64,000 nt of DNA from Psammoneis japonica (Eukaryota). Shown one piece after another: positions 50,035 to 60,227 of this stretch. The notes beneath the pieces were generated by a model that made no database searches, was not told the DNA's origin, and was given only the letters and a program-made list of their open reading frames with translations. Location: assembly GCA_008632985.1 (NCBI GenBank), contig QPGO01000087.1:186001-250000 (forward strand), written 5' to 3'. A program made the position numbers and the translations under genes. Each line of letters starts with the position of its first letter. Position 1 is the first letter of the stretch.

Positions 50035-50217
50035 CAGAACGCACTGTGCGTTTCCTACTCACTAGATTCCGGTGCAGTATTCTGCAAGGCCCGGAACCAC
50101 ACGCTGGTACAGTACACCAGATGTCAAAAGATCCAGTAGAGCAACACTGCTTGGGATGCTTCGTTGCAGCATCAAAACCTCGATATGGCACCAGCCATTA
50201 CTGACGTTGTCTAGGCT

Positions 50218-50355
50218 CATGACCACCCGCAAACCCGACTTTCTTTCTTATCGCCCGGTCCATTCAACAATTTGAATAGACGCCCACATGACCACCCGCA
50301 AACCCGACTTTCTTTCTTATCGCCCGGTCCATTCAACAATTTGAATAGACGCCCA
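50218..50355. repeat. Perfect 69-bp tandem duplication
   Basis: catgaccacccgcaaa...gaatagacgccca at 50218-50286 and 50287-50355. Confidence 0.95.
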
Positions 50356-50834
50356 TAATGCGTCTCATCCTGGCACACAGTTTAAAGAACTGCTCCAAGA
50401 CATCACACCTGAACTTTTTCAGTTGATTCTTTAAAAAACGAAATGGCGAACAAGTTTTTCACACCTCCTTGTGCAACGCCGGCGTCAAACAAAAACATGC
50501 ATCTCGTGTTATTTGAGGCTTGTTGGTGTCCGCCATTGCATTATACACTAGACGGTCGTTTCGGAGTTTTCCTTCCGGGACTTGTTGCTATCCTGTTTTA
50601 CTACACGACAATGATGAAGCTGGTAGTACCGACAGGGCCCTATTGTCTTGGTGGAAGACAATGGTGGGTTTTTACGCTCTCTCGCACCGGCATTTCAGTT
50701 TGTGTACAGTACAGGATGGCTTGATCGCACGAAGACGGAAGTCGAATGCTTGCTGTGGTACCGGTAGTGTTGCACGTCTTGCAAAAGAACGGGCTTATAT
50801 CTACTTTCTGTGTGGCAAATTAGAAGTAGATACT

Positions 50835-53800
50835 TTAGTGGGGGTAATGGTATCTTGTGTAATGGTACCAACGACTGCTTCGCCATGTGGGCTGAGGGCT
50901 TGGCGAGACATGATTATTGTCAAAGGAGCACGTACAGATGTTGTCGTAAGAACCTCGGCTGCAGGGCACTGATTCTCCAGCTGCCGAGCAGCTGTTTCTC
51001 CTTGTGTTTTCCAACGCGGAAATGCATGTCGCACCTTGGTGCCTGCAGAAATCATCGCAGCTATCGCCATCGAGATACACGTACGCCGTGCATTCAGTTT
51101 CATTCTCCTCGCACAAGCGAAAGTCTTCTCCGTTGTGGCTTTCGCAACTTGGTTGGGCAGGTGCGGGTGGCGGCGGTGGATCTCCAGTGCTGCCTCCGAG
51201 CGCACATGTGCAAATTCCGTCGTATAACCCGCTCTTGCTGCACTCCTCCGGCCTCGAGGCTTTGCAGGTAGCATGGTAGCCGTGATTCTGTTCAGCTGAT
51301 ACACAGGAAACCCCATGTTGTTCGCAAAAGTCAGCGCAACTTTTGCCGCGTAATTTGACGTAAGCGGAGCATTCCGATTCACTCTCTTTGCACAAGAGTA
51401 GATCTTCACCACGGAAATCTTTACAAGTCGACGCCACTCGTGAAGGCGATTTGGCGGCGGACTGCACGCTGCTATCTCTCAATGAGCATTTGCATACGTT
51501 GTTCGGGCTTGGATCACTGCACCTATTGGGATAAGATGTTCTACAGGTAGCACCAGGGCCAGAAACTCGAGACGCCGATATGCAAGTACCTCCCTGCTGC
51601 ACACAGAAGTCATCGCAACTGTCCCCATCTAGCTCTACATAGACGGTACATTCCATCTCTGCTTCGTCTTCATCACACAAGTGTATGCCCTCTTCGTATC
51701 CAACGTTACACAATGTTGACGGTATGATGGTCGACACTGGGCACGTGCTGCATGCGACGGGACAAGCAGCGAAACCCGACTCTGTATCCCCATCAGCATT
51801 CTTGCCCGGTATCCAGCAAGAGAATGGTTTCGACTCCAGATATTTGCAATCCCTCCTTTCACCGAATATACTGGCATACCAGTTTTTGTCATCCTCGCAA
51901 GGATGACCTTCAATTGATGTGGGTGAACCTGACTCCGGAGCCGGAGTTGTCTCCGATGCATCACTGACGCCGCATACCCCACATGACAGAGGGCAACCAT
52001 CAAAGCCGGACACTGAATTACCTTTGGCATCTACCCCGTCAAACTTGCATCGCTTTGTCGGTGCCTTTGCAATATACTTGCACGACTTCGTTTTACCACG
52101 TAGGATATAGACCCAATCCCTATTGTCGTGGCAATCCGATTCTTTGTCGGTGATGTGCGCCGCGTTTGTATGGGAAATAGTCAGGGCAGTTGGAAAAGAT
52201 GCCGGGCGAGGAAATGATGTTGGAGTTTTCGTTGGGAGCAAAGTAGGCTGAATTGTCGGAGCTGACGTTGCTGGCGTTGGAGAATTACTGGGCGCTAAAG
52301 TTGGCCAAGTAGTTGGACTTGAGGTTTGGGGCTTCGTTGGCAGTAAAGTCGGGTTACTTGTTGGCGGCATCGTCGGTAGCGAGGTAGGCTGACTTGTTGG
52401 GGTGGAAGTTGCAATCGTTGGACGATTTGTTGGAGATGAAGTGAGGGTTTTTTGTGCTTCAGAAGGTGATCGATTTTGAGGAAATGACGGAGTCTGCATC
52501 GGCGACAATGGCTTAGTCGTTTCAGGTTCTGGACAGGCTCCACAGGTGAGTGGACAAGCTTCATAGCCTGAAGCGGGTTGCCCGTTTGCATTTTCCCCTA
52601 CTAGATTGCATCTCGACTCAGATCTGAATTTTAGATATCTGCACCGCTTTTCCGATCCTCGTCTTGTCTTGAAGATCCAGAACTTATCATCCACACACCC
52701 ATCATCTGTTGCATGATTTGGCGGCAGCTTTGGGGAAGGATCGGAAATTGTAACTTGACGCGAAGGAGAATGAGTTGGTACGGGAGTTGTGAGAGATACG
52801 CCATCTTCAGATGAACCATATCTTTCGTTTATACCAAACCCATCTTCGGACGAATCATCTCCTGCACTCATACCAAACCTGACTACCTCAATTCTTCCAA
52901 ATTTGCCACCGACTTTCTCAACCTCACCATCAAAGGAAAGGGAGTAGACACCGTCTCCATATTCACAGCATATTCCATCGCCCTCTTTGTCTCTTATAGT
53001 AAAGACGTAGCTATCGCGTGGCAAACAGAGCCGCGTGGTGTACGTTGTATTCGCTTTATGCCGCGACCCCGTTTGGATGACATCCTTTTTTGAATTTGTG
53101 AGAGCCCAAGACGTCTCCTCGCCCCACTCATCTGTCGTCAGATTTAGCATAAAGACCTTGTCATCACAAAGGAACTCGGTAGGTGAAGGTGTGGGAGGCT
53201 GGGTATAGAAAGGATCTTGTTGGCAACCGCCCACGGCTCCTTTTGAAAGTGGCTGTGGAGACTCACCACCTGCTGTGCATCCTTCACGTTTCAAAAGATC
53301 ATATGCCGCCTTTCCTTGCACAATACCGAAACCGGTATCATCGTCGCAACCCGACTCTCCTAAGTCTCTGGCGGTTCGGATCAAAACATTCCTGATTTGG
53401 TGATTTGTGCATTCTTCAAAATCAGACCACACCATGGCAGCAATTCCAGCTACAAAAGGTGTTGCCATAGAGGTACCTGGGTTGGAAGAAGAAAGAGAAG
53501 GATTTAGTGTAGGCGTACAAAGTTGGTCAATTGGGCTTTCAATACACGCACCACTCCAGGAACCAATGCCGTATCGTCCACCAGATACAGGGACTGTGGA
53601 CAAAATACGGACACCGGGAGCAGCAATCTCCACTTGGTCATTGTACTGGGAAAAAGTTGCAACGTCTTCGTCTTCTCCAACTGCAGACACTGACATAACG
53701 GTAGGGAAAGAGGCTGGAAAAGAGTATGTCGTGTCACCAGCATTGCCAGATGCAGCTAAAAGTAAGGCACCGGCGTCGTACGCCTTCTGGAACGCATCTC

Positions 53801-54689
53801 GTGTGAGATCACTTATTCTTGGACCCCCAATACTCATGCTTATGACCTTGGAACCTGCCGCGAGGCATCCATCAAGGGCCCTCAACACCAGGAATTCAGA
53901 GCCATCACCTCTCCGATTCAACGCCTTGCTGACATGCAGGTTAAAACCACTTAAATCTCTGATGACACCAGTGACACCAAGGCCGTTATTTCCAATTGCT
54001 GCAATCGTTCCCGCGACATGTGACCCATGCCCGTACTCATCGACCTTCCAATCGCCGATTCCAGTGTTTGTCCCGGTGACGCCTTCGGTCGGGAGATCTG
54101 GATGCCCAAACGTATAGCCACTGTCAATGATGCATATTGTCATATTTGCTGCTTGTCGAGAAATTCTTGGAATGTCCCACAATTGGTCTACCTGGACCAG
54201 TTTGACGCCGTACCCAACACGTTCCATTAGACCCCGGTTTTGTTCCTCTGCAGACAATGACAACATGGAGGAACGGTTTAGTTGCTGCAGCGCATGTACC
54301 TTGTGGTTAACCTCGACGAAATCAATATTTGGGTCATCCAGCAAAGAACGTAGGGCCTCTTTGTCCTTTGCCTCGATCGATACAATGGGATGTTTTGGGA
54401 GTTTCTCATAGCTGTTCGACACCTTCCGCGCAGAAGACCTCCCTTCTCGATTCTTGTATCTAACGAAAAGAGAGAATTCTTCAGGAAGAGCCTCTTGATC
54501 ATCAGCGGCGATTCGAAGGATCTCGGTACTACCGGCGTTCTGTTGGAGCCATTTCTCCTTGTTCTTTTTTCGCAGTAGTCTCTTCAGTGGTGCGTCCCTT
54601 TCTCCTGGTGATTGGCAAAGAGTGGGCTGCAGCATCATGAGGGATAGTAACGCTACGACCACTGGCATGTGAAAGAAGGCAGGTCTCAT
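50835..54689 (-). CDS. Secreted subtilisin-like (S8) protease with PT-rich linkers, three small Cys modules and three larger C-terminal Cys modules; 75-nt intron 53477-53551
   Basis: Signal peptide from ATG 54689; triad motifs IIDSG, HGSHVAGTI, GTSMA; AASGN oxyanion; C.DD..W...C....C...CP..C.C x3. Confidence 0.93.
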   Translation of the reverse strand: MRPAFFHMPVVVALLSLMMLQPTLCQSPGERDAPLKRLLRKKNKEKWLQQNAGSTEILRIAADDQEALPEEFSLFVRYKNREGRSSARKVSNSYEKLPKHPIVSIEAKDKEALRSLLDDPNIDFVEVNHKVHALQQLNRSSMLSLSAEEQNRGLMERVGYGVKLVQVDQLWDIPRISRQAANMTICIIDSGYTFGHPDLPTEGVTGTNTGIGDWKVDEYGHGSHVAGTIAAIGNNGLGVTGVIRDLSGFNLHVSKALNRRGDGSEFLVLRALDGCLAAGSKVISMSIGGPRISDLTRDAFQKAYDAGALLLAASGNAGDTTYSFPASFPTVMSVSAVGEDEDVATFSQYNDQVEIAAPGVRILSTVPVSGGRYGIGSWSGACIESPIDQLCTPTLNPSLSSSNPGTSMATPFVAGIAAMVWSDFEECTNHQIRNVLIRTARDLGESGCDDDTGFGIVQGKAAYDLLKREGCTAGGESPQPLSKGAVGGCQQDPFYTQPPTPSPTEFLCDDKVFMLNLTTDEWGEETSWALTNSKKDVIQTGSRHKANTTYTTRLCLPRDSYVFTIRDKEGDGICCEYGDGVYSLSFDGEVEKVGGKFGRIEVVRFGMSAGDDSSEDGFGINERYGSSEDGVSLTTPVPTHSPSRQVTISDPSPKLPPNHATDDGCVDDKFWIFKTRRGSEKRCRYLKFRSESRCNLVGENANGQPASGYEACPLTCGACPEPETTKPLSPMQTPSFPQNRSPSEAQKTLTSSPTNRPTIATSTPTSQPTSLPTMPPTSNPTLLPTKPQTSSPTTWPTLAPSNSPTPATSAPTIQPTLLPTKTPTSFPRPASFPTALTISHTNAAHITDKESDCHDNRDWVYILRGKTKSCKYIAKAPTKRCKFDGVDAKGNSVSGFDGCPLSCGVCGVSDASETTPAPESGSPTSIEGHPCEDDKNWYASIFGERRDCKYLESKPFSCWIPGKNADGDTESGFAACPVACSTCPVSTIIPSTLCNVGYEEGIHLCDEDEAEMECTVYVELDGDSCDDFCVQQGGTCISASRVSGPGATCRTSYPNRCSDPSPNNVCKCSLRDSSVQSAAKSPSRVASTCKDFRGEDLLLCKESESECSAYVKLRGKSCADFCEQHGVSCVSAEQNHGYHATCKASRPEECSKSGLYDGICTCALGGSTGDPPPPPAPAQPSCESHNGEDFRLCEENETECTAYVYLDGDSCDDFCRHQGATCISALENTRRNSCSAAGESVPCSRGSYDNICTCSFDNNHVSPSPQPTWRSSRWYHYTRYHYPH

Positions 54690-55370
54690 CGTGGCGTTGA
54701 TACCACGAGTAAGGGGGGGTATCAACTTCTCTCTTTCACACACAATGCAGACAACGATGTGAGTAACGATGCTGTGTCTTAGCGATGAAAATGACACACG
54801 ATGCGTCGGCTTGGGATTTCTTCAGGCTCAATTTTTATTTCACGAGTACATTAGGTGATCAATGATATGAAAGTCATAGGCCCTCTACTACAAGGTGTCT
54901 GTGACTCGAAAGGGCTTAAATTTTATCAAGATTCTTCAGAACGATGGAATGAAAGGAAGGGTCATGGTAGATTTTAAAATATTGTGTATGAATAAAGAAT
55001 AACGTTCAATATGTTGTATGACCTTTTGTAGAGGATTTATTGGAGTACACGTATGATGACCGAAGAACATTGTATGTACTTGTTGCATACCGGTACACTT
55101 AGATCTTATAAATGGTACTTTTAGAAAAGTATTGCACGTTATGTTAGTGAAGACAAGGAATACGTTCATTCGAGAATGAGGAATGTACTTTCTCCATAGT
55201 CAGGGTTGTCGGCACGGTCATCATTCACCATTCTTCTGGTCACATTTTGGATTTTGTTACAAGGGGCTATATGTTGTCTTCCTCGTCCTCTTTCATCATT
55301 ATTCCTCCGCCCAGCATCATTCTCCATCGCAGGTAACATCACTCATAAACAGAAGGACAATTTCGCGACC

Positions 55371-56623
55371 ATGGGAAGAATCTCTATTACCAGTATCTTC
55401 CGCTTAACAGCGCTACTAGCAGCATGCACATGTGGAACAGCCAGTGCTTCTTTGCGCGGCATTCTCTTCAATGAGCAAAGGGATCTTGAACAACAAGCCC
55501 CCGACGATGTGACGTACCGCTACAGCATTGATATTGAGGAAGACGTGGATGAAGGAGGACCGGATGACAATGATATTGGGCCCTCGGACGGAGTTGTCAT
55601 ATGCATTCAAAAATCAATGGCTTCAAACATGAATGACTTTGCCCAGAAGTATCATGCTGAATACGCTCAGAAGATGGAACATCACGAAGAGACCGGCATC
55701 AGACATCTATTCGAAGGCATGGCATGGGCGATAAGCAGAATCTTGTTCAATCGAGACGAAGAAAAAATTTCGATGACCGTCGTAGACGATGATGCCGCAA
55801 GATTGAGGGTTTTTGATGGCGACGAACTCGTTACCAAGGAGAAGATTCCATTGCTGGAAGACCACGACGTAGAGGATATTGCAGAAGCCCTAGTCCTAGA
55901 GGCATTTACCCCTCCAAGAAGCAGAAGAAAAAAGAAAGGGAAAAACAGGAGAAGACGCAAGTTCGTTCTCAACATCAAGGCTACCTGCGAGTTGTGTCTA
56001 AACGACAACAAGGACGCCGGAAGGCGAGCCTTGGACTCTGCCCCAGAAGACGACTCAAGTGAGCCTAGTTTTGAGACATGGATGAATGAACATCTCAGAC
56101 AGGTGATTACACTTGACTGTGAGGAGACAGTTTTTGCAAGAACAATGTTCTCAAAAGAGGTGAACGGAATAGTGACATCCTCAAGTGATCCTACCTTTCA
56201 CTTACTGCCCAAAATGGCGGGATCGAAGAACCAGTGGAGTTGTTGCTAACCTCCCAGCCCACAACGAGCCCAAAACCTTTGCCAACAGTCAATCCAACTC
56301 CATCACCGACACAAAACGTGACTCTGTTCAATCAGCCGCCTCCACCAACGACAAACTCATCAATCGCACGTACAGACCGAAGCACTGATGATGACTGCTT
56401 CAAGAAGTGTGGAAGCCGTCGTGTTGACATGTGCAGTGCGAACGATTCTCAGTGTACCTTTTTTGTCGATTTAGGTGGTGGCAAATGCCAAAAGTGCTGC
56501 CAAAAGCGAGGCGGCACGTGCCTATCAGCCGAGAAAACGGTGGACAAGAGCTGCGCTCACGGGGGAGGAGCGCATGGGTGTAGGAGCAAGGCTACTACCG
56601 CCATTTGTACCTGCACATTGTAG
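55371..56623 (+). CDS. Secreted hypothetical protein with PT linker and C-terminal Cys-rich module; frame change near 56.2 kb (intron or indel)
   Basis: Signal peptide MGRISITSIFRLTALLAACTCGTASA-SLRG; downstream ORF 56234-56623 continues with PT repeats and a Cys module. Confidence 0.65.
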
Positions 56624-57247
56624 CTGAAATGGTGCAGTTCCTAGTTTATCTATAAAACAGCATGGCATCTTCGACATTGCAGAGTCGAGAGATGATGTGA
56701 CTAGAAAGAATGGAAGGCAGGTGCAACTGAAAATTTGTCGTGCAGCCTTACGTTAGCACTACACGACCAATGTGTATGAAACGCCTATTTCTTCTCGCAG
56801 CCTCGTTCCATAGACCAGCTGCTGTTCCCACAATCGGGCTGTTGTGAAAACAGATTGGATTGGGTGCATGTTTTGAGTTCAGCAGGAGTCCGCACCATAG
56901 GACAGAAGTGGGTCAGATGCAACGACGAGTAAGGTACGACACGACCTCCCAAGCTGGAGTGCGACACGACTACTACTCTAGCTCTAGAGTAGTAGAGACC
57001 TATTTCCAAGGATTTATCCTTGCCTATTTTGGCCTATTTCCACATTGTGTGTTGAATGAAAGCGCCACCATGATTGGAATGAAAGCGCCACCAACTAACT
57101 TCCACACGACTGAAACGGAGTGAATTCGCTGGAAAGGCAAGAATGAATGTTGAAACCCCACAAGAAACAATGCTTCGAAAGAACCGTTCTCAGAGCAAAG
57201 AAAAAAGCACGCACACACTTGCACACAAAGGCTTGTCTTTGGTGACC

Positions 57248-57895
57248 ATGATGTTTCGTCGCAGCAGGAAGAAGTTACAGAATGTGCCTCTTGGTGACTC
57301 GTCTATTCACAAGGAAAAAGGTGGAGGCAAAAAATCGAATTCCCTAAAGGATGTTACATTGTTGCAAGGGGAAACGTGGGCTCGAGGACCAAACAAGCGA
57401 GACGGAAGCGAAACTGATACAGCATCTTCGTGGTCTTCCAATGACTCCTCCTCCGACGTGAGCGACCATTGTCAACCTCAAGACTCGTACGAAACCCTAC
57501 CCATGGTCACTCTCGATCCAACCAGACATCGCTTGTGGTACTATTCAAGCAATCACGTTCTTGTCAACAAGGAACGGACGCTTCGCGGTATCTATCCTGT
57601 CACTCGTTCAAGAGAGCTAGATGAAGTTGCGTGTCATCACGCTCAAGAAATGGCTGCTTCCGAGAGAGTCCAAAACATGGATGCTCCGCAATACCTCCAA
57701 GAAACGTGCAGCCGACTCGGAATGAACGTGGCGAGTGGCAAGTCCATAAGAACGATTCACAAGGCAATGATGAGTCGATCTGAATCTTATAGGGAGAATA
57801 TACTGGATGAGAAGTTTGCATACATGGGAATGGGCACGGCTAAAGGACAGTCGGGTGAACTTTACCTCTGCCAAATATTCACCACCGGCATATGA
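57248..57895 (+). CDS. CAP/SCP (cysteine-rich secretory protein family) domain protein
   Basis: LVNKER...L...A..HAQEM, NVASG, RENILD..F..MGMG......LYLCQIF. Confidence 0.85.
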   Translation: MMFRRSRKKLQNVPLGDSSIHKEKGGGKKSNSLKDVTLLQGETWARGPNKRDGSETDTASSWSSNDSSSDVSDHCQPQDSYETLPMVTLDPTRHRLWYYSSNHVLVNKERTLRGIYPVTRSRELDEVACHHAQEMAASERVQNMDAPQYLQETCSRLGMNVASGKSIRTIHKAMMSRSESYRENILDEKFAYMGMGTAKGQSGELYLCQIFTTGI

Positions 57896-58244
57896 CGTGT
57901 AGTAAAGGATTTTTACTTTAAGAATACTCTACCCTTCGATCCTTGAGAAATCTAGTTGTAGGCATGTCACTTCATGTGATGTGGGAAGAATGGAGACAGA
58001 GCCCAGATAGAGCACTTACCACTCCCAAGTTGGAGGTCTGGAAGCACTTCCTTATGCTTTTGCGGGCATGCATGTACCTATCACGATGCGTGTGACGGAA
58101 GGACACACGAAACTCGCGAACTGGAACACACGACAACCAACAACCAACAACACCAACCAACAACTGCGAAGCAACGACCCTGCCTCGCATCTGATGGTGG
58201 CTTTTGGATGGCAAAAGGTGATCTTAACGAACGACAAATACTGT

Positions 58245-60185
58245 ATGTCCCGATTATTGTTATTCCGCCGTGTGGGACAGAATAGATCTTATGATTGTGT
58301 GAGAACGCAACGTACAATCGTCGCAAGCCAGCAGCCGCCGCCCTACCATTGTTGGCGACAACAAACACGGCAATTAAGTAACGCAAATAAAGAAGACTAT
58401 GGGACAATACCCGATTTAATGTTTGAGGACGAAGACGATGAAGCTTTTTCTCCACCACCTTGGCAGTCTCTGTTGGAACCATCGGCCAGGGCGGCATGGA
58501 GATCATCGGCTCAAGGTCCTCCGCCAAACTTGGCCCAGGCACACTTTGAAATATTACAAGAATGCCAAAATACATCGCGACAGCTTCGAAGAACTCATAA
58601 ACTAACAGTAAAGTCCCATATGGCACTCGAGGAAAGACGAGAGCGTGAACGACGTCGTGCTGTCAGCCACAGAGTTAGGGCGGATTCGTTAGCATACAAG
58701 AATGAATTACGTCGAGATGCCCAGGCCAGCGCTGTGTGCTATGGGCCAGAGAAAACTCTAGCCAATTTGAAGCATCGTCTCTTGCCAAATTATGCAATAG
58801 CCAAGCGCGTTCTGATGGAGGCACAAAGCCTACTGACGGCGGATCCTTCCTTTCAACCACTCCGCGTCATTGATTTTGGGGCTGGCTGTGGAAGTGCGTC
58901 AGCGGCAGCCATGGACGTCTTTGATACGTTGGAATGGATCCATGGGATAGACCCAAGTCGTAGTATGCGCGATGGAGCCGAACGGGTACTCCAAGCAGTA
59001 GCCAAGGAAAAATCGGTTTCGCCTCCCCGAATCACCTTGAGCGAAAGTTTGTCAACCGAAAGGACGAATTCGTCATTTGATGTCGCGCTTTGTGCTTATA
59101 CGGCAGTGGAACTACCGCATGTCGCTTCCATGCTTACAGCTGCTGCCATTCTCTGGGAAAAGCTGCGGCCCAATGGAATCTTTGTCATGATTGAACCAGG
59201 AACGCCTGATGGATTCAACTCTGTTCGAGCCGTTCGCGATATGCTGCTTGAATGTTGCCCTCCAAATAAATCGGAGGATCTCAGTGGCGAGCAGTGCCAT
59301 GTCCTTGCTCCCTGCACTCATAATGGAAAATGCCCAATGGAGAGGCACCAACGAAATTTTAGAAGCAAAAACAAAGAAACCATTACGCCGGAGGGAAATG
59401 AGCTCGAGCCTGCACTTTTAGATGGTGCTTTCGATAATGATGGCGGTGATGATGATGAGGATAATGACAGTCACATTGAATTGGATGAGCTTTCCGAGAC
59501 GGTAGAGCAGGTCTACGATGAAGGAATGACGACAAATGGCCAAGGGACGGAGACACACGCGTTTGATACGGCCTTTTGCAGCTTTGTCCAGACATTCCCG
59601 GGTGGGAGTCACCGAAGTTCGGGAGAGAAATTTTCGTACCTTGTCGTGCAAAAACGGGTAGTAAAACCACAAGACGATGCTGTGTCCGATGATGACCTTA
59701 TCCCTGATGGTTTTGGCAACGTGACGGAATTGCTTGTCAAAACATACAAAGCTGGGAAGTCGAACCATCGTGGAAACAAAGCAAGACACGAAGCAACGGA
59801 CAAGGATAGTCATGCAAAGCTTCTCGAGGAAGCACGCGATTTACAAGGGACATTTGTGGCATCTACTATCGACAAGCTTGATCTCGAGATGCTCCACGGC
59901 GATTCCAATAGACAATCGTTTGGACGTATCGTTCGTGCACCGCTCAAAAAGCGCGGCCATGTCTTGGTCGACTATTGCTCATCAGATGGACAAGGAAATG
60001 GAAGAATCGTCCGTCACCGGGTCGGCAAAGGATGGAGTGCAAAGGTGGCACCTGGATTGTATACTGCGGCGCGAAAGGCACGATGGGGTGGGTTCTGGCC
60101 TGATACCAAAGACCTACGTATAGGAGGAGATACCGGTACATCAGAATCATCCTACGCAACAACACAGGAGGAAGGTCCTAAGTAA
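58245..60185 (+). CDS. RSM22: Mitochondrial small-subunit assembly methyltransferase-like protein (Rsm22/METTL17)
   Basis: VIDFGAGCGS, MIEPGTPDGF, HVLAPCTHNGKCP, EKFSY, RIVRAPLKKRGHVLVDYC, Y.AARKARWG; mitochondrial-type presequence. Confidence 0.9.
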   Translation: MSRLLLFRRVGQNRSYDCVRTQRTIVASQQPPPYHCWRQQTRQLSNANKEDYGTIPDLMFEDEDDEAFSPPPWQSLLEPSARAAWRSSAQGPPPNLAQAHFEILQECQNTSRQLRRTHKLTVKSHMALEERRERERRRAVSHRVRADSLAYKNELRRDAQASAVCYGPEKTLANLKHRLLPNYAIAKRVLMEAQSLLTADPSFQPLRVIDFGAGCGSASAAAMDVFDTLEWIHGIDPSRSMRDGAERVLQAVAKEKSVSPPRITLSESLSTERTNSSFDVALCAYTAVELPHVASMLTAAAILWEKLRPNGIFVMIEPGTPDGFNSVRAVRDMLLECCPPNKSEDLSGEQCHVLAPCTHNGKCPMERHQRNFRSKNKETITPEGNELEPALLDGAFDNDGGDDDEDNDSHIELDELSETVEQVYDEGMTTNGQGTETHAFDTAFCSFVQTFPGGSHRSSGEKFSYLVVQKRVVKPQDDAVSDDDLIPDGFGNVTELLVKTYKAGKSNHRGNKARHEATDKDSHAKLLEEARDLQGTFVASTIDKLDLEMLHGDSNRQSFGRIVRAPLKKRGHVLVDYCSSDGQGNGRIVRHRVGKGWSAKVAPGLYTAARKARWGGFWPDTKDLRIGGDTGTSESSYATTQEEGPK

Positions 60186-60227
60186 GGCTGTTTTGGCAGT
60201 ACACTTCGTAAGGCCCGAAGAATTAAT

